A stretch of DNA of 64,000 bases from Octopus sinensis (Eukaryota), in assembly GCF_006345805.1 (NCBI RefSeq), contig NC_042997.1, forward strand, positions 153,946,001 through 154,010,000. The letters run 5' to 3'. A model generated the notes under the pieces. It ran no database searches, was not told the DNA's origin, and was given only the letters and a program-made list of their open reading frames with translations. The position numbers were made by a program, and so were the translations under genes. Within the stretch, counting starts at the first letter, position 1. Every line of letters begins with the position of its first letter. This document shows positions 14,017-26,977 of this stretch, one piece after another.

Positions 14017-14495
14017 CAGGGTCACCAAACTGCGGGCCAGATCCGGTCCGCCGGTGCGCTATAATTTTTATTTAAGTACCTGCAATGAGCGTTTATGTGT
14101 CTCTGATATGGCATCAGTGTTTGGAACAACTCATTTCTGAGCAAGCATTTTCAAATATGAAGTATGTGAAGTGAGCACACCGAACGCGGTTGACTGAACA
14201 TTTGAAAGCATTTCTCTTGGTTGAATGTAGCAGTACAAAAGCAAATATTGATATCTTAAAAGCTAAACACCAGTTTCACAAATCTCACTAACCTTTTTTG
14301 CTGGTTAGTTTGTGAGATTCGGATACGTGCGCATTGGGTGTGATATAACTCCTGTATTGCTAACGTCGCTTTCTTAGATAACCTTTTGGTAAATAAATAT
14401 TTTGATTGTACTTATTTTTTGTGTTTTCACCGTATTGTATTAAAGAAAATGGTTATGTGGTTTTGGCCCGGCATGAAAAAGTTTGGTGACCCCTG
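14017..14495 (+). mobile_element. hAT deletion derivative with transposase C-terminal remnant
   Basis: TIR CAGGG(G)TCACCAAACT. Internal MASVFGTT...NMKYVK...HRTRL..EHLKAFLL remnant. Confidence 0.75.
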
Positions 14496-16105
14496 CTCTA
14501 AAGCCACAACCTAACACAATCGTGAGCCAAACCTCCAAATTACTTATGCTACGCGCCTTTATTTTGGCTAATGCAATCTTAGATAAACAGAATGGGATAG
14601 TCATGATTAGATTGTCTTTGATCATAGGTCTTTTTTATCAACTGGCTTAAACCTAAAGAACGCATTAACGTTTACAAGGTTCCTTGATTTACTTCATAGT
14701 TGCAACCTAAATTTCCCTCAAATTACACGGCCACTTAAAATAAACGGATACGTAGATTAATGTAGTTCATAAAAATGCCTTCGATCATTTGATCTGTAAA
14801 CAACAGCGTTGAATGCGACTCAACCGGATCTAATAGTTTTCGTTGATAAACCGTTAGCTGAAAATTAGGAGAGGTTTCTGAGTAGGAGTTTTCCCTGTCT
14901 GACTGTCATGAAAAGAAAACAAAAAAAAAAAAGGTTGGGGAAAGGACACATTGTATAAATTATACTCTGTGTTATACTGAGAAAATTAACAAAGACAGGA
15001 TTGTCGCGACTTGATCATCTTGGGTGACTCGAGTGTAACAAGTACAGGTCAATTAAGAGTATTTCTGAATGATAGCTTGACTTGTTAGAAACAGCAGCCA
15101 GATATCCCCCTTATTGCACCTTGTTTTATACAAGGACAAGACAAATTAAATATTGTAGTATTTTATATATATTTTTTTTAAAAGGCGAGATTGTCATGGC
15201 TGTAATACTTTAGAGTTTAGGCCTACTCAGGCTTGACCAGAGGTTAAACAACGTTATCCTCCTGTGTTAACCCCTCGGTAACATAACACAATCTAAAAAA
15301 ATCTACGCCAATTTTTGTTAGAAATAGCCGCGAAATTTCCCTTAAATTAAACTCTACTCTTTTAACTGAAGGGCATGATATAATTTTAGTCACAAATACA
15401 TTATCTGGAAAAAAGGTGCTATGGTTATGGTAGAACTTCTTTGATCATTTTGGCTTAGAGCTGACGGGCTAAAAACTACGTGCGATTACGAATTTCAGTA
15501 GAGCTTGAAGCCTTTCAACGTTGCTATCAAAGGAGTTCGAGCAATGGGCAAAATTACGGTTTGGTGCCCCTTCTGACATTGTTTTCTCATAACTTTCTTT
15601 AAAAATGCTTAATTCTATATGAAATTTTGCAGAAATTCGAAAGAGTAAATTGGTTGTTATGTTTTAAGACTTTTTTTTTTTGAGAGAGAGAGAAAAGAGT
15701 TACGGTTTGTTCTCTCCTACCCCTGACCCTTTTTTTGTCTTCTCAAACTCCTTTCAAAATGCTTTCTTTTAAATGAAACTTTACAGAAATACATTTTCAA
15801 GATGGTAGGTTACATAACGTTGACGTTTCAAACATGTAAATCTGGGGAAAATGTGAACAAATGCTAAAGCAACGGAAATTGTTGGTAACAGACTTAGGAA
15901 AAGGAAAAGAATAATCCAAATTTTTCAAAAGCCTCTTCTTTTTTTTTAGGAAATATTTGGCTGCTATTTCTCGCCATTCAAACTTGTTTTGATAACTCAA
16001 TAATCCTGTAGCCCTTTTGTTTAATGTTTAATAATAACTTTTTAAAAAAGCATTTTCTTAAAAATCTATAAAATTAACAATGGATGCTAATTTTTTCTTC
16101 AAGAA

Positions 16106-16285
16106 ATATTGGTTTCAAATCTTGGCCCAAGGTCAGCAATTTCTGGGAAGGGGCTAAGTCAATTTCATCAACCCCCAGACTCAACTGATACTTCTTTTAC
16201 TGACTCCGTAAGGATGAAAGGCAAAGTCGACCGCTAAGCATTTTGTTCAGTGTGCTAACCATTCTGCCAACACGCTACCTTTTTG
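16106..16285 (-). mobile_element. Family B SINE, internally deleted
   Basis: GGATGAAAGGCAAAGTCGAC joined to CGCTAAGCATTT. Confidence 0.7.
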
Positions 16286-17732
16286 CTTCAAGAAATATTC
16301 TTCAAATTTTATTTGCTTTAACTGTGTTGTAGCCTTTATGTGGAAATCATGACGATCCTATAAGGCACAAAAAGAAAATGACTCTCCCCAGACATGGCAA
16401 TCCTTGTTACTCATAATGTTAAGAAGACGCCAAATGAAATTAAAATTTCTTCTAGAGAGAGAGAGAGAGAGAAAACACTATTTATTTTATAAATTCAACA
16501 TTTTAAATTAAATTAAAAGTTATTCAATCTCCCGGATAACCAGAATCTTTTTCTTTCACGAAACCCATTTTGGGAGATCCTGGCTTCTATTAACATTGTG
16601 ATAACCTTCATTTAGAGAGTCTGCGAAAGCCATGGGCACAACCCTGACTCCATATCAAACCTATAAAACGTTCAAAAGTGATGAAGATTTTGTCTTCACG
16701 ACTTATTGGCCAGAAATGTTTTTGCGCTTCTCGTGTGCTGATAAACTGTCGATTTTATAATTCCGACGATTGTTCTTGACCGAAACAATATTTGTTTTGG
16801 ATGGTTCTTAGTGTCCCTCGCTGATCTAAGTTGAAAAGATATTGTAGTGGGGGCTTTCTTTTCTCCAGCTTACTTTCCAATGTTATCTGAAAATCTCTGA
16901 TTGCTTAGATATTTCGATCTAGTCGTGGCTCATGACCACTCCAGAGCAGCATCACAGAAACGTATCGACGTGGCACTAGAGCAACCGCTGCATCTAAGGG
17001 TTGTTCCATTCATTGTGCGTCAGTAAACTTCACGGTTTCCATTGTGTGCTTTATTGCTTTTCAGTAATTTATTTTATTTGTACTCATGCCATTGAGTGAT
17101 GATGATAAGGGGGATCAGTGCTTATATCAAAATAATAAAACAAGTCCTGGGGAACTAGTGGCTTAATTTTGTAAGCATTATTTATCCTCGCAAATTTGGA
17201 ATGCATTCACCCTATGCTATATATATAATATGAGACAAGAATTTTAAACGTTTTATGCAAAAACTTTCACACAAACTTATATAAGGAGTCGAATTAGTTT
17301 CTAAAAGAATATTTGGTGTTTTTTCCTCGCATTGGAAATTTTTTTGGCGACAATCTTTTCGATGGCATCACCAACATTCACCATCCACACTTTTTTTTTG
17401 TATCTTCATAACCACATGCATCACAGTTATTCACGAAAATAGTCCGAATGGGAACACAGTAATTCGAATATCCTAAAAAATTCAATCGTATGATTATTGG
17501 TATTATCCATATGAATTTTCCGTCCAGATTTGCCATTTTATTATAAATATAGCCAGTAAGTAAAGACAGCCTATAGTGTAGGTTTTGTTCATAAAAATGA
17601 CATACTGAGTAATAACAAAGAAGTGTCAGCAAATTTGGACGTAAATTTAACTTCTTATAAATACCATATTTCATGGCATAAAAGACACATTCTAATTTCT
17701 ACAGAGCATAATCAAGAAAAAATGCTTTAGTT

Positions 17733-17973
17733 CAGTGACTCAACCATTTTTTGCATATGGTCCCCTCTGATTTCTACTTGGTCTGCCGGACGTCTATAAC
17801 CATTCGATGCATATAAAAATCCAAAAGTATTTTTATAATTAAATACTATTAGAAATTGTGTAAAAATAATTTAAATATTGTGGCAGTGTAAGCATTTTAT
17901 TGCGCATAATTTGTAACTGTAAAATCTTATACGGGCCCCCAAAGTTTATATACATTCCCGTTGAGAACCACTG
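17733..17973. mobile_element. Related hAT MITE, decayed left TIR
   Basis: CAGTGACTCAACC...GTTGAGAACCACTG, with internal similarity to 825-1150. Confidence 0.65.
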
Positions 17974-18226
17974 TTATAGTGAATTAAGGTTTATGGCAGG
18001 CCCTACTTTGCATATAGGACCTGGGGTAATTTTGCTGAGACATTTTTAGGGGTGGAAGAAAACGCACCTTATAATACCGCCAAATGCGTTATTTGGTCTT
18101 TCATTTTTACATGCCACTGTAACCTTTTTGTAGAAAAATGTGTTTTTACCTTTCATATTTAATTTAAATAAAAATATGCTATTTTATTTATTTATTTATT
18201 TATTTATTTTATTTTGTTTTTGTCAG

Positions 18227-18456
18227 GATCCTTATTAACCACAGAGCAAATGTAAACTGCAGAACTGTATATGGCGATACGCCGTGCCATTTAGCAGCCT
18301 ATCGAGGACATAGAGAAATGGTTGAACTCCTTGTAGGTCGTGGTAATGCTGATCTGTCAGTAACTAATTGTAAAAATCGAACTTCACTAGACGAATCGAT
18401 CTGTAGCTCACACGATGAAATTTCTCAATATATCCACAAAGCTATGAGACAAAAAA
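18227..18456 (+). CDS. Ankyrin-repeat protein, coding exon 2 (absent from ORF track)
   Basis: T-rich acceptor ...TTTTGTCAG|G. Phase matches exon 1 (GG+G=Gly). Encodes ILINHRANVNCRTVYGDTPCHLAAYRGHREMVELLVGRGNADLSVTNCKNRTSLDESICSSHDEISQYIHKAMRQK. Phase-1 donor A|GTAAGT at 18456/18457. Confidence 0.9.
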
Positions 18457-20084
18457 GTAAGTAAATTTTTGCTATACTTGACGTTAATGTTTCCAGCTTG
18501 TCTTGCGTTTGGAGGGGCACGCACACACACATACACATAGCTATATGCTCAAATGTGATTACTGAAGCAGAAATATGTCCACAGCTCTCTTCTTCAGGAA
18601 ATCAGACTGCATTTTCCTTAATGGCATGTCAATTTTGGAGAATCCTTAGTAGCGGTGATAATTTCAATTACTTCAGAATTTACCTCGTATGCTATTTCAT
18701 ATACTCTTATTCGTCTTTATTGCTCAAATGCATGCCACTGGCCGCTCTGAATTATTTCTTTTGTCGCATTTTTCATTTCGGGATTGAACTTGGACGAGCT
18801 GAAGTCTTTCAGAACTTACTCCTACAACGTTAATTGCAAGCAACACACACACACACACACACCATAGAATATATTTTGTTCACACGATACATCGTCTGCT
18901 TTTTATATGATCACGTGACACTTCTTTGCGTGTCACTGCCCAACTTTAGCAGCTTATTTCTCATTCTCCCTCGCCTATGTTTCTCATTCCCTTATTTCCT
19001 CATTTTCGTCTTTCCTCTTATTGTCTCTGGAGAAGAGACATGTCTCATTTTATATACACTCATACATCAATGAACAGTATTGCCACTCCTCAAAATAGCG
19101 TGAGCTTACTGCACCCTTCTACCTCTTCACCATTTTAGCATCCTCCGTTTTTTTTTCCCCACAGACCTTCATGATGTTAATTTAGTGAATTAGACAAGCG
19201 TTTTTTATCTATTTCTTTTTTTTCTTCCTGAAAACCAATGTTCTAAGTCTCTGTAGTTATTGCATAGCATCAGGACAACCTCAATTGTGCAGAAAAAAAA
19301 GAATAAATTCTAGATTTGAACATTCCACGTTTTCTTCCCAGATGCGTAGGAATACATTATCTAATCTGACCTTTCATAGAGGGCGAGATTGATTGCTATT
19401 TCTAGCAGGTGGAACTACTATGTTGAAGAAGCCTCTTCATCAATGTGTTCCTTGCACAGGGCTTTGGAGTAGATGTTCCTCGAAGTCTCATGCCTTATGA
19501 AGAAAAAAAGTTGTTCCTCCTTTGTTTTTTTTTTTTTTTTTGTTTTTATGATTCTGAAAAAAAAAATGTCAGTTTTTTCACGTTTTATTCTTTCCTTATC
19601 AAGTAGTACAAGACTTTGAGTGACAGCTATTCCAAATCAGTCATTTTAGTAAGCATTCCTTCTTTCAATTATTATTGTTTTCGATACCATTTTTGTCATT
19701 AAAAACAAGCAAAAAAGAATCTGGTTAACATAGGGGCTCTCTCATTAATTTTGATAGCTAGTACAAGGAGTTGAAATAAGTTCAGCTTGATCAGATAACA
19801 CTTTGGGACGATACCAGAATCAGTTGGTGATACTATTTTCCTTATTCTTCAAGGCCAATACCTCATTTAATACTACTTCCATCCACTCCCGAAAGGTGCT
19901 CGCGTTGAATCAATGCTGATGCGAACAGGAAGAAAAAAGTTACATTTACTTCCGTTTGGGGGCATTGGGTTCTTTTAACATGTCTAATATGCCACGATAA
20001 AAGGTTCGTAGTGTAATTTGTTGAGCGAAAAGATCAGAAATTATTTTCACACACATGTATTACAATAAACGCCGTGTGTGTGTT

Positions 20085-20193
<109 letters not shown>

Positions 20194-20347
20194 GGCATTT
20201 ATAGTCAAAAGGATGTTTCGTTATTCCAACTTATCATTTGGGCAGATTGCCAGTCTATGGCGGATGTTGTAACAAGAGAATTGAGTACTGGTTTTAATAT
20301 AGCTGTGATATTTGTATTTATAGCGTGTGCGCGCGTGTATGTGTATG

Positions 20348-20386
<39 letters not shown>

Positions 20387-20414
20387 ATAAAGTTCATATA
20401 TACATATCTATATC

Positions 20415-20524
20415 TATATGCAGTTAGGTATATGTCCGGTCATAGAGTAACCAATCGTTTCGCATCAATAAAGCGGCGAAACCATTGGTCGCTCTATGAC
20501 CGGACATATACCTATCTGCATATA
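20415..20524. repeat. 49-bp-stem hairpin in ANK intron 2
   Basis: Arms 20415-20463 and 20476-20524, 12-nt loop, 4 non-Watson-Crick positions. Confidence 0.85.
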
Positions 20525-20581
20525 AATACATTACTGCTGCATGCTTTAGAGTGTGCTTCTTTTTCGGATATATGACACACT

Positions 20582-20632
<51 letters not shown>

Positions 20633-20667
20633 GGACTGCACAGAAGAAGAGACACATAGGATAAAGA

Positions 20668-20710
20668 GTCATTGAAGAGGTCACAGAACGTGTGACGAAA
20701 GAGCTTAGAC
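20668..20710 (+). ncRNA. Variant hammerhead-like motif in ANK intron 2
   Basis: GTCA-TTGAAGA-G-GTCACA(gaacg)TGTGAC-GAAA-GAGCTT-AGAC. C3U-type core, 6-bp stem II, mismatch at the stem I closing pair. Confidence 0.4.
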
Positions 20711-21362
20711 AAAGGCTACTAACATAATAATAATAATAATAATAACTGAAGGCCAAGTGCGTGTGTTTCATTGGCAAAAATATGACCAAATATCCCCAAA
20801 TATAACAATAATGTAGATATGTGTATATACATACATACATACATACATACAAACATAGACACTCACGCATATACGTGTGTGTGTATGTATTAACCACGCG
20901 TTTATTGATTGGTTGATATAGATCTGGTTGATTAATGACAAACCCGGATTGTTTATTGCCGGTAAAACAGATATTGCTCGTGTTCGGTTTTAGTAGAGAT
21001 AAAACTCAGAATTCCATTTGTTGATTCATTTTTTTATTACATCCAATCAGATAATTGCATTTCAACACGGTCTCACTACCTTGGTACCTAATTTCCGGCT
21101 AGATTTTCTCTGTGACGAGCTTGAAAATAATGCGTGGCTCTGAGATAACTTGCTTATTTACTCGACTTGTCTTAATTCGAAACTGTATAATATCAAAGTA
21201 AACATGTTTCATAAATCACACAGAACAATGACTTTCAGGAAATGTGATATATTTAGATTAAATAAACCACCAACCGCTAGCTCTATAAGAGTAGATCATA
21301 TTTTGTGAAAATAAAAGTAAGAAAGAAAAATAAATAAATCAATCAATCCCCAACTGAGAATT

Positions 21363-21475
21363 TGACGCACACCCAGTTCAGAAGTGCGTCAGGAAAACGT
21401 GTTCGCCACCTACTTAAAAATTCGGGGGAATCCGTGTGACGTCATTCTCCTTGAACCAATGAAATCACTTCCTGT
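21363..21475 (+). promoter_or_regulatory. Promoter-like motif cluster inside ANK intron 2
   Basis: Inverted TGACGCAC/GTGCGTCA (21363/21384), perfect CRE TGACGTCA 21437-21444, CCAAT 21456-21460 and ETS-like CACTTCCTGT 21466-21475 within about 110 bp. Confidence 0.5.
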
Positions 21476-22385
21476 TTAGTGTAAATTTGTAGTACGTTGT
21501 TTTACGTGCGCATTTGTTAGTTTGTCATTGAGTTAAGGGAGTTGATTATTTTTATGAAAATTATTGTTATTATCGACAGCTGTGACGCAAAATCTTATAT
21601 TGTATTAAGTAATTTATACCAACACACCTAATGCATACTTAACGGCATTCAATAACATAGCAGTATTAATAAATGCACAGTATTTAAAAACAAAACAGGA
21701 TGATCATGACTAGCATATGTTTTTGGTCGTGAGACTCTACTTAATGATTTGATTTAGAGTCGAGCAACGACATAACTACACACTTATACACTTATGCGAT
21801 ATTCAAGTGTTTTATCAATGAACGTAATGTATATCTTTGAACATTACAACGAGGAAATAGCTCCTTCCATTTGTCAAGTGACCTACATTTCTTTTGACGT
21901 ACGAATACTGTTCTGTTTTACTTTAAAATATGAATACCTGATAAATATGTAGTCCGTGTGCTTGTTTATCACGTGTCTTTAAGCTGGAATATCACAATCG
22001 TATTTCCTTTCTGTAAATCGGAAACATTGGGTCTATTTAATGGCTCGATGTCAAACGAAACGGTGTCAATATTTATAGGAAATCTGACAGTTAATTACTA
22101 AGAAAACCATGGGTAAATGGGAATCGGATTTATATATCCTGAGAAGTAGTTAGCAATGATAAAATGATTATTTCCTACATTTGTATTTTAGATGATCACA
22201 AGTTGACCATGTGACCATCCTTCAGGAAATGAATCCCGTAGAATAATATCCAACATGTTCTCTTTTTTTTGAAGACGATTAGGCGTGATTTTAATGAGAT
22301 TTTGCATAGATTTCATTGGTATTTTTGTATTAATTTCTGTCATTAACTGGACTCTATTATATTTATGTTCGTATTTTCTTTCCAG

Positions 22386-22897
22386 ATTACCATCCGAAAC
22401 GACTTGCTGAACTTCGTATGGCAGAAATCCCACTAGATCTTACACCAATACCCTCTTCAGAATTAAACTCATTTGAACACGATGAAAAATATCCATACTC
22501 TGATGATGATAATAATGAAGAAGGCAACAGATTTATTGTTAAGGCTAATAATAGCTTAGCAGCTACCACACATTATGCAGTACCATTCCATTGTGAAACA
22601 CCAATCACTAACAGATTACCATCTGATATGATAACTCCATTTCCATCTGCTGGACCTATTAATAATTCTAACATATATTATTCTCCAAACATTTACCCCT
22701 ATAAAATACCAAATACTTCATATTCATTGCAACAAAGACCCGTTTTACAAACAAATCAAAGAGACGCTGACTCTATTTCAGATTCTGATATGAACTCTAT
22801 GGTAATGAATGATCTTTCATCAACAAATGCAGCAGCTAACCATTCACAATTGTCTTTTCTGAATATATGTTCACGGTACATAAGTGATAACGTGTGA
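22386..22897 (+). CDS. Probable coding exon 3 of the ANK gene (low-complexity S/N/P/D-rich tail); joined CDS 1002 nt, 333 aa
   Basis: Acceptor TTTTCTTTCCAG| at 22385. A+AT=Asn joins exon 2 in frame with the 159-aa ORF starting at 22418. Stop TGA at 22895-22897. Confidence 0.7.
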
Positions 22898-23000
22898 CTA
22901 TTTAGTTTATTCCTTAGTAGACCTGTAGCAAGGAGGGAGTTGATAAAAATTTAAAAAGTATCGTTTGATTGACATTATTGTAATTCTGACTTTATGGATA

Positions 23001-23400
23001 TACTCTCTCTTTTACTTGTTTCAGTCATTTGACTGCGGCCATGCTGGGGCACCGCCTTTAGTCGAGCAAATCGACCCCGGGACTTATTCTTTGTAAGCCC
23101 AGTACTTATTCTATCGGTCTCTTTTGCCGAACCGCTAAGTGACGGGGGCGTAAACACACCAGCATCGGTTGTCAAGCAATGCTAGGGGGACAAACACAGA
23201 CACACAAACATGTACACACACATACATATACATATATATGACAGGCTTCTTTCAGTTTCCGTCTACCAAATCCACTCACAAGGCATTGGTCGGCCAGGGC
23301 TATAGCAGAAGACACTTGCCCAAGATGCCAAGCAGTGGGACTGAACCCGGAACCATGTGGTTGGTAAACAAGCTACTTACCACACAGTCACTCCTGTGCC
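23001..23400 (-). mobile_element. SINE family A with 24-nt 5' extension
   Basis: Near-identical to 1296-1717. Confidence 0.9.
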
Positions 23401-25654
23401 ATATAATGTCCTAAGATGTAGGACAAACCTGCTTTTCTCAATGTAAAGCTGGTGGGATGTTTCTAAGAGATGTTCATATTATTGGTTCATTTAACACAGT
23501 CAGTTAAAAATGCTATTTCTGTTTTAGCAGGTATATATTTAGCAAATTTTCTTTTAACGGATGTTTTATATCTATTACTCCATGATGCAACTCTATGTAT
23601 GAGGCCTCGAATATGACCCATATAACTTTCAATTGTTGGCAGCCTTCCAATCTACTTCTCTGCTATGTTACCATAAGGTGAAATTGGTACCTTACTTTCC
23701 AGTAAGCTAAGGGGTTAATGTGGTAACATTGGTTGGCTGCCAACCATATCACCAAGACTACAGTCAATAAGTTTTAGTCATAGATTTAAATAGACATAAG
23801 GCTATGCTATTAATTTTTTTTTTTGTGTGTGTGTTCTTAGTCCAATTGACTATCATTTTAAGAGCATATGAGTGAATTAAACCCTCAGTTTCAAAAATAA
23901 TACAGAAAATTAAAGAACTGCCTTATTCTCTACAATTCTTAAACATTCTGAAATGTGACTTCATGACTTGTCAGAAATTTTTCATCAACAAATTTTAGTC
24001 AAAAGCAAATTTCAGAGCAATAAAATGTTTGCTGATTCTATTTCTGAAACTCTATCTGTGATAATTTGATATTCGCAACAGCAAATGTGAAAATAAATGT
24101 TATGTTTTTATATGTAACATCTTTATACAACCCAGCTGAATTATATTTCATACAAAGTGCTCCCTTTACTCCTGAATATTGCTGTTTTTTTTTTTTTTTT
24201 GCATCTTCAGGTATAAACCTTTTTTTTTTCTTTTTTTTTTTTAAGTTAGTCCGAGGGAAAATACTGTTATTTTCATCGTCTTTTTTTTTTTTTTTTATCA
24301 TGACAAGAATTTAAAGAATCAGATGCTTGCAGTATCTAATTCATTATGTTTTGATGGGTTCAAATCATTCTGGAGTTGATTTTAACTTCCTTTTCTCCAT
24401 GGATAATATTTTTAAAAATTTTATCATACCTCCATACAAGTCCATTATTTTTATCTAGGGGGAAAAACAAAAACGCACATAAAGAAGTGAGTTAGCTTGT
24501 TACTTCAATGGTGTCTTTATATCAGCACATTGAACTTAAGTGGTGCAAATAAATTGAAATGTTTTCATGAAGAATCTGAACCCAGTCACAGACTCAGTTT
24601 TCAAGAAGATTATTTTCAATTTAACCTATCTCTTTCATGGAACAAAAACTGCCACACATTTTCTGTTCATACTTTGAACTGCATTACTTTCACCATGTCT
24701 TGGGAAGTTCCTTTTACTCTTCCCATTTCAAGTGATGTTTTGTTTTTCTATCTGTCCAACTGTAATTTCCATTATAATACGCAACCTTACCTTATACCTG
24801 TTCAGAAGATTTCCATCCAACGACATATTCAACCAACTGAATTAAAACTTTTTCATTTTTTTTTTTCATCTAAAAGTGATTAAATTCTCTTAAATAAGTT
24901 TCTAATATTTTGGCTGAGAAAGAAAGAAAAAATGATGACATGTCTGCAATTTTTGCTCATTGAATGACTTTGGTAATGTGTGATCTACCTGCTGATGTAC
25001 CTCAAAATATGATGAAAAATATTATATTGTTTACTTATTCTTATATTTTATCAGCTAAGAGGCTGCAAAAATATACTGGCCAGTTTATTTATGTAATGTA
25101 TATTTAAACACTACGCAATATTCATTCACAAAGAAGTGGTTTCATTTTTCAGGAACCACATATGTTCTGCATTGACAAAATAAAATTTCGATGAGGTTAA
25201 ATCGAATGTTTTGCTGTCTTAACATATAAGCAACAAAGCACATGTTTTCAGTGCCTTTTTTTTTTTTTGTAATTTAATACAAAATCAAAGTGAAAGGTTG
25301 CATTTGCTAAACATTCTTAGCAACATGTAAAATATTTGTAACTATTATGTAATATAGTATCTAACAAATATTACATTGCATACTTCAAATGTGTATCTTT
25401 TGTGTTCATCCACTAATTTATTTTTCAAGAAGTCTGTGATATAATTTCAATTGTTTGCAATGATACATTCATTAAGAAATTAATGAGAAAAATAAAAATA
25501 AATGAAACATGAATACTTTGTTTTCTGATTTTTATGCATTTGCTTTTCATTTAAATATATTTTAATGCTTAAAATTTGCTGTTAATTCACAAAGTGGTCT
25601 AAGTTTGCCAGCAAGAACAGGGTAAGCTGATGTTTTGGGTAGAATCTTATATAC

Positions 25655-25790
25655 TAGACCGCTTTCTCTTCACAAACTATCTTAAAGTGGAATAAGCTGC
25701 CGGACGAGATAGTGAAGATGCCGATGACTGCTCGGTTCAATGTCTTTCTTGACCAGAAATGGCCTGAACTCTTTACATGAACACCACCCT
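25655..25790 (+). mobile_element. CR1-like LINE C-terminal remnant
   Basis: Translates WNKLPDEIVKMPMTARF..FLDQKWPELF, matching the CR1/L2 WNxLP...FKxxLD terminus. Confidence 0.5.
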
Positions 25791-26220
25791 GTACATAATT
25801 CCATGTCCCCCTACATGGCCTTGCTTTTTGAGCCAAAAAATTAACTTAACTTATTGAGCGAGTCCTTTATCTCCCTTCCTTATAAGGGGAAATAATTCCA
25901 GTAACTTGATTGGTTTCTCAAAGTTAGTTTATATACAGAGGAGAAAGTAAAGCCTAATGTTTGTTTGCAAGTAAACAATTAATAACTATGTATATGTTTC
26001 ATCACCATCATTGTTTTAATCTATTTTTCCATACTTGCATGCCTCAGTCAAAAACACTACACTGAGGCACATTTTTCTAAAGCTGGATGGTCTTCCAGTA
26101 ACCAATCCTTGTTTCCAAGCAATTAATATTTCTCCTTGCCTGCTAAACAACAAACAGACTGGGAATGCTTTCATGAAACATTACAAACACCATTTGAATG
26201 GATATTTTTTTTTTACATTC

Positions 26221-26572
26221 GGTATGCACAATGGCCCAGTGGTTGCGGCAGCGGACTCGCGGTTTCGATTCCCAGACCAGGCGTTGTGAGTGTTTATTGA
26301 GCGAAAACACCTAAAGCTCCACGAGGCTCCACAGGGGATGGTGGTGATCCCTGCTGTACTCTTTCACCACAACTTTCTCTCACTCTTACTTCCTGTTTCT
26401 GTTGTACCTGTATTTCAAGGTGCCGGCCTTGTCACGCTGAATATCCCCGAGAACTACATTAAGGGTACACATGTCTGTGGAGTGCTCAGCCACTTGCACG
26501 TTAATTTCACAAGCAGGCTGCTCCGTTGATTCGGATCAACCGGAACCCTCATCGTCGTAACCGACGGAGTGC
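26221..26572 (+). mobile_element. tRNA-derived SINE family C, tail type 1
   Basis: Head GCAATGGCCCAGTGG...GGTTTCGATTCCC. Confidence 0.85.
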
Positions 26573-26687
26573 TTCCATTTTTTTTTCCCACATATCGAAA
26601 CACTCAGTTATGCACAAACATATAAAATGTGTCTATGTGTGCATATATATATATGATATATATTTAATGCAAGTATAATGTTATAAT

Positions 26688-26977
26688 GGAGGTGCAATGG
26701 TCCAGTGGTTGGGGCAGCGGACTCGCGGTCATAGGATCGCGGTTTCGATTCCCAGACTGGGCGTTGTGTGTGTTTATTGAGCGAAAACACCTAAAAGCTC
26801 CACGAGGCTCCGGCAGGGGGTGGTGATCCCAGCTGTACTTCTTCACCACTCTTTCTCTCACTCTTTCTTCTGTTGGCCTGCTCGCTTAGCCAGCGGGGTG
26901 GCGTCATTCAAAGGCTAAAACAATGCGAAGCGCATTGTGACCAGCGATGTGTAGCAACGTCTGGTTGGTCACGTGAT
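26688..26977 (+). mobile_element. SINE family C, tail type 2
   Basis: Same head and body, different 3' module (also present alone at 8550-8646, minus strand). Confidence 0.85.

Noticed and set aside
14520-15480. Tandem array of ~170-bp units in intron 1
   Set aside because: Highly decayed copies of a common repeat module, also seen near 4500-4870. Boundaries cannot be defined and no novelty is evident.
22188-22569. Minus-strand ORFs overlapping exon 3
   Set aside because: Shadow ORFs with no motifs or splice support.
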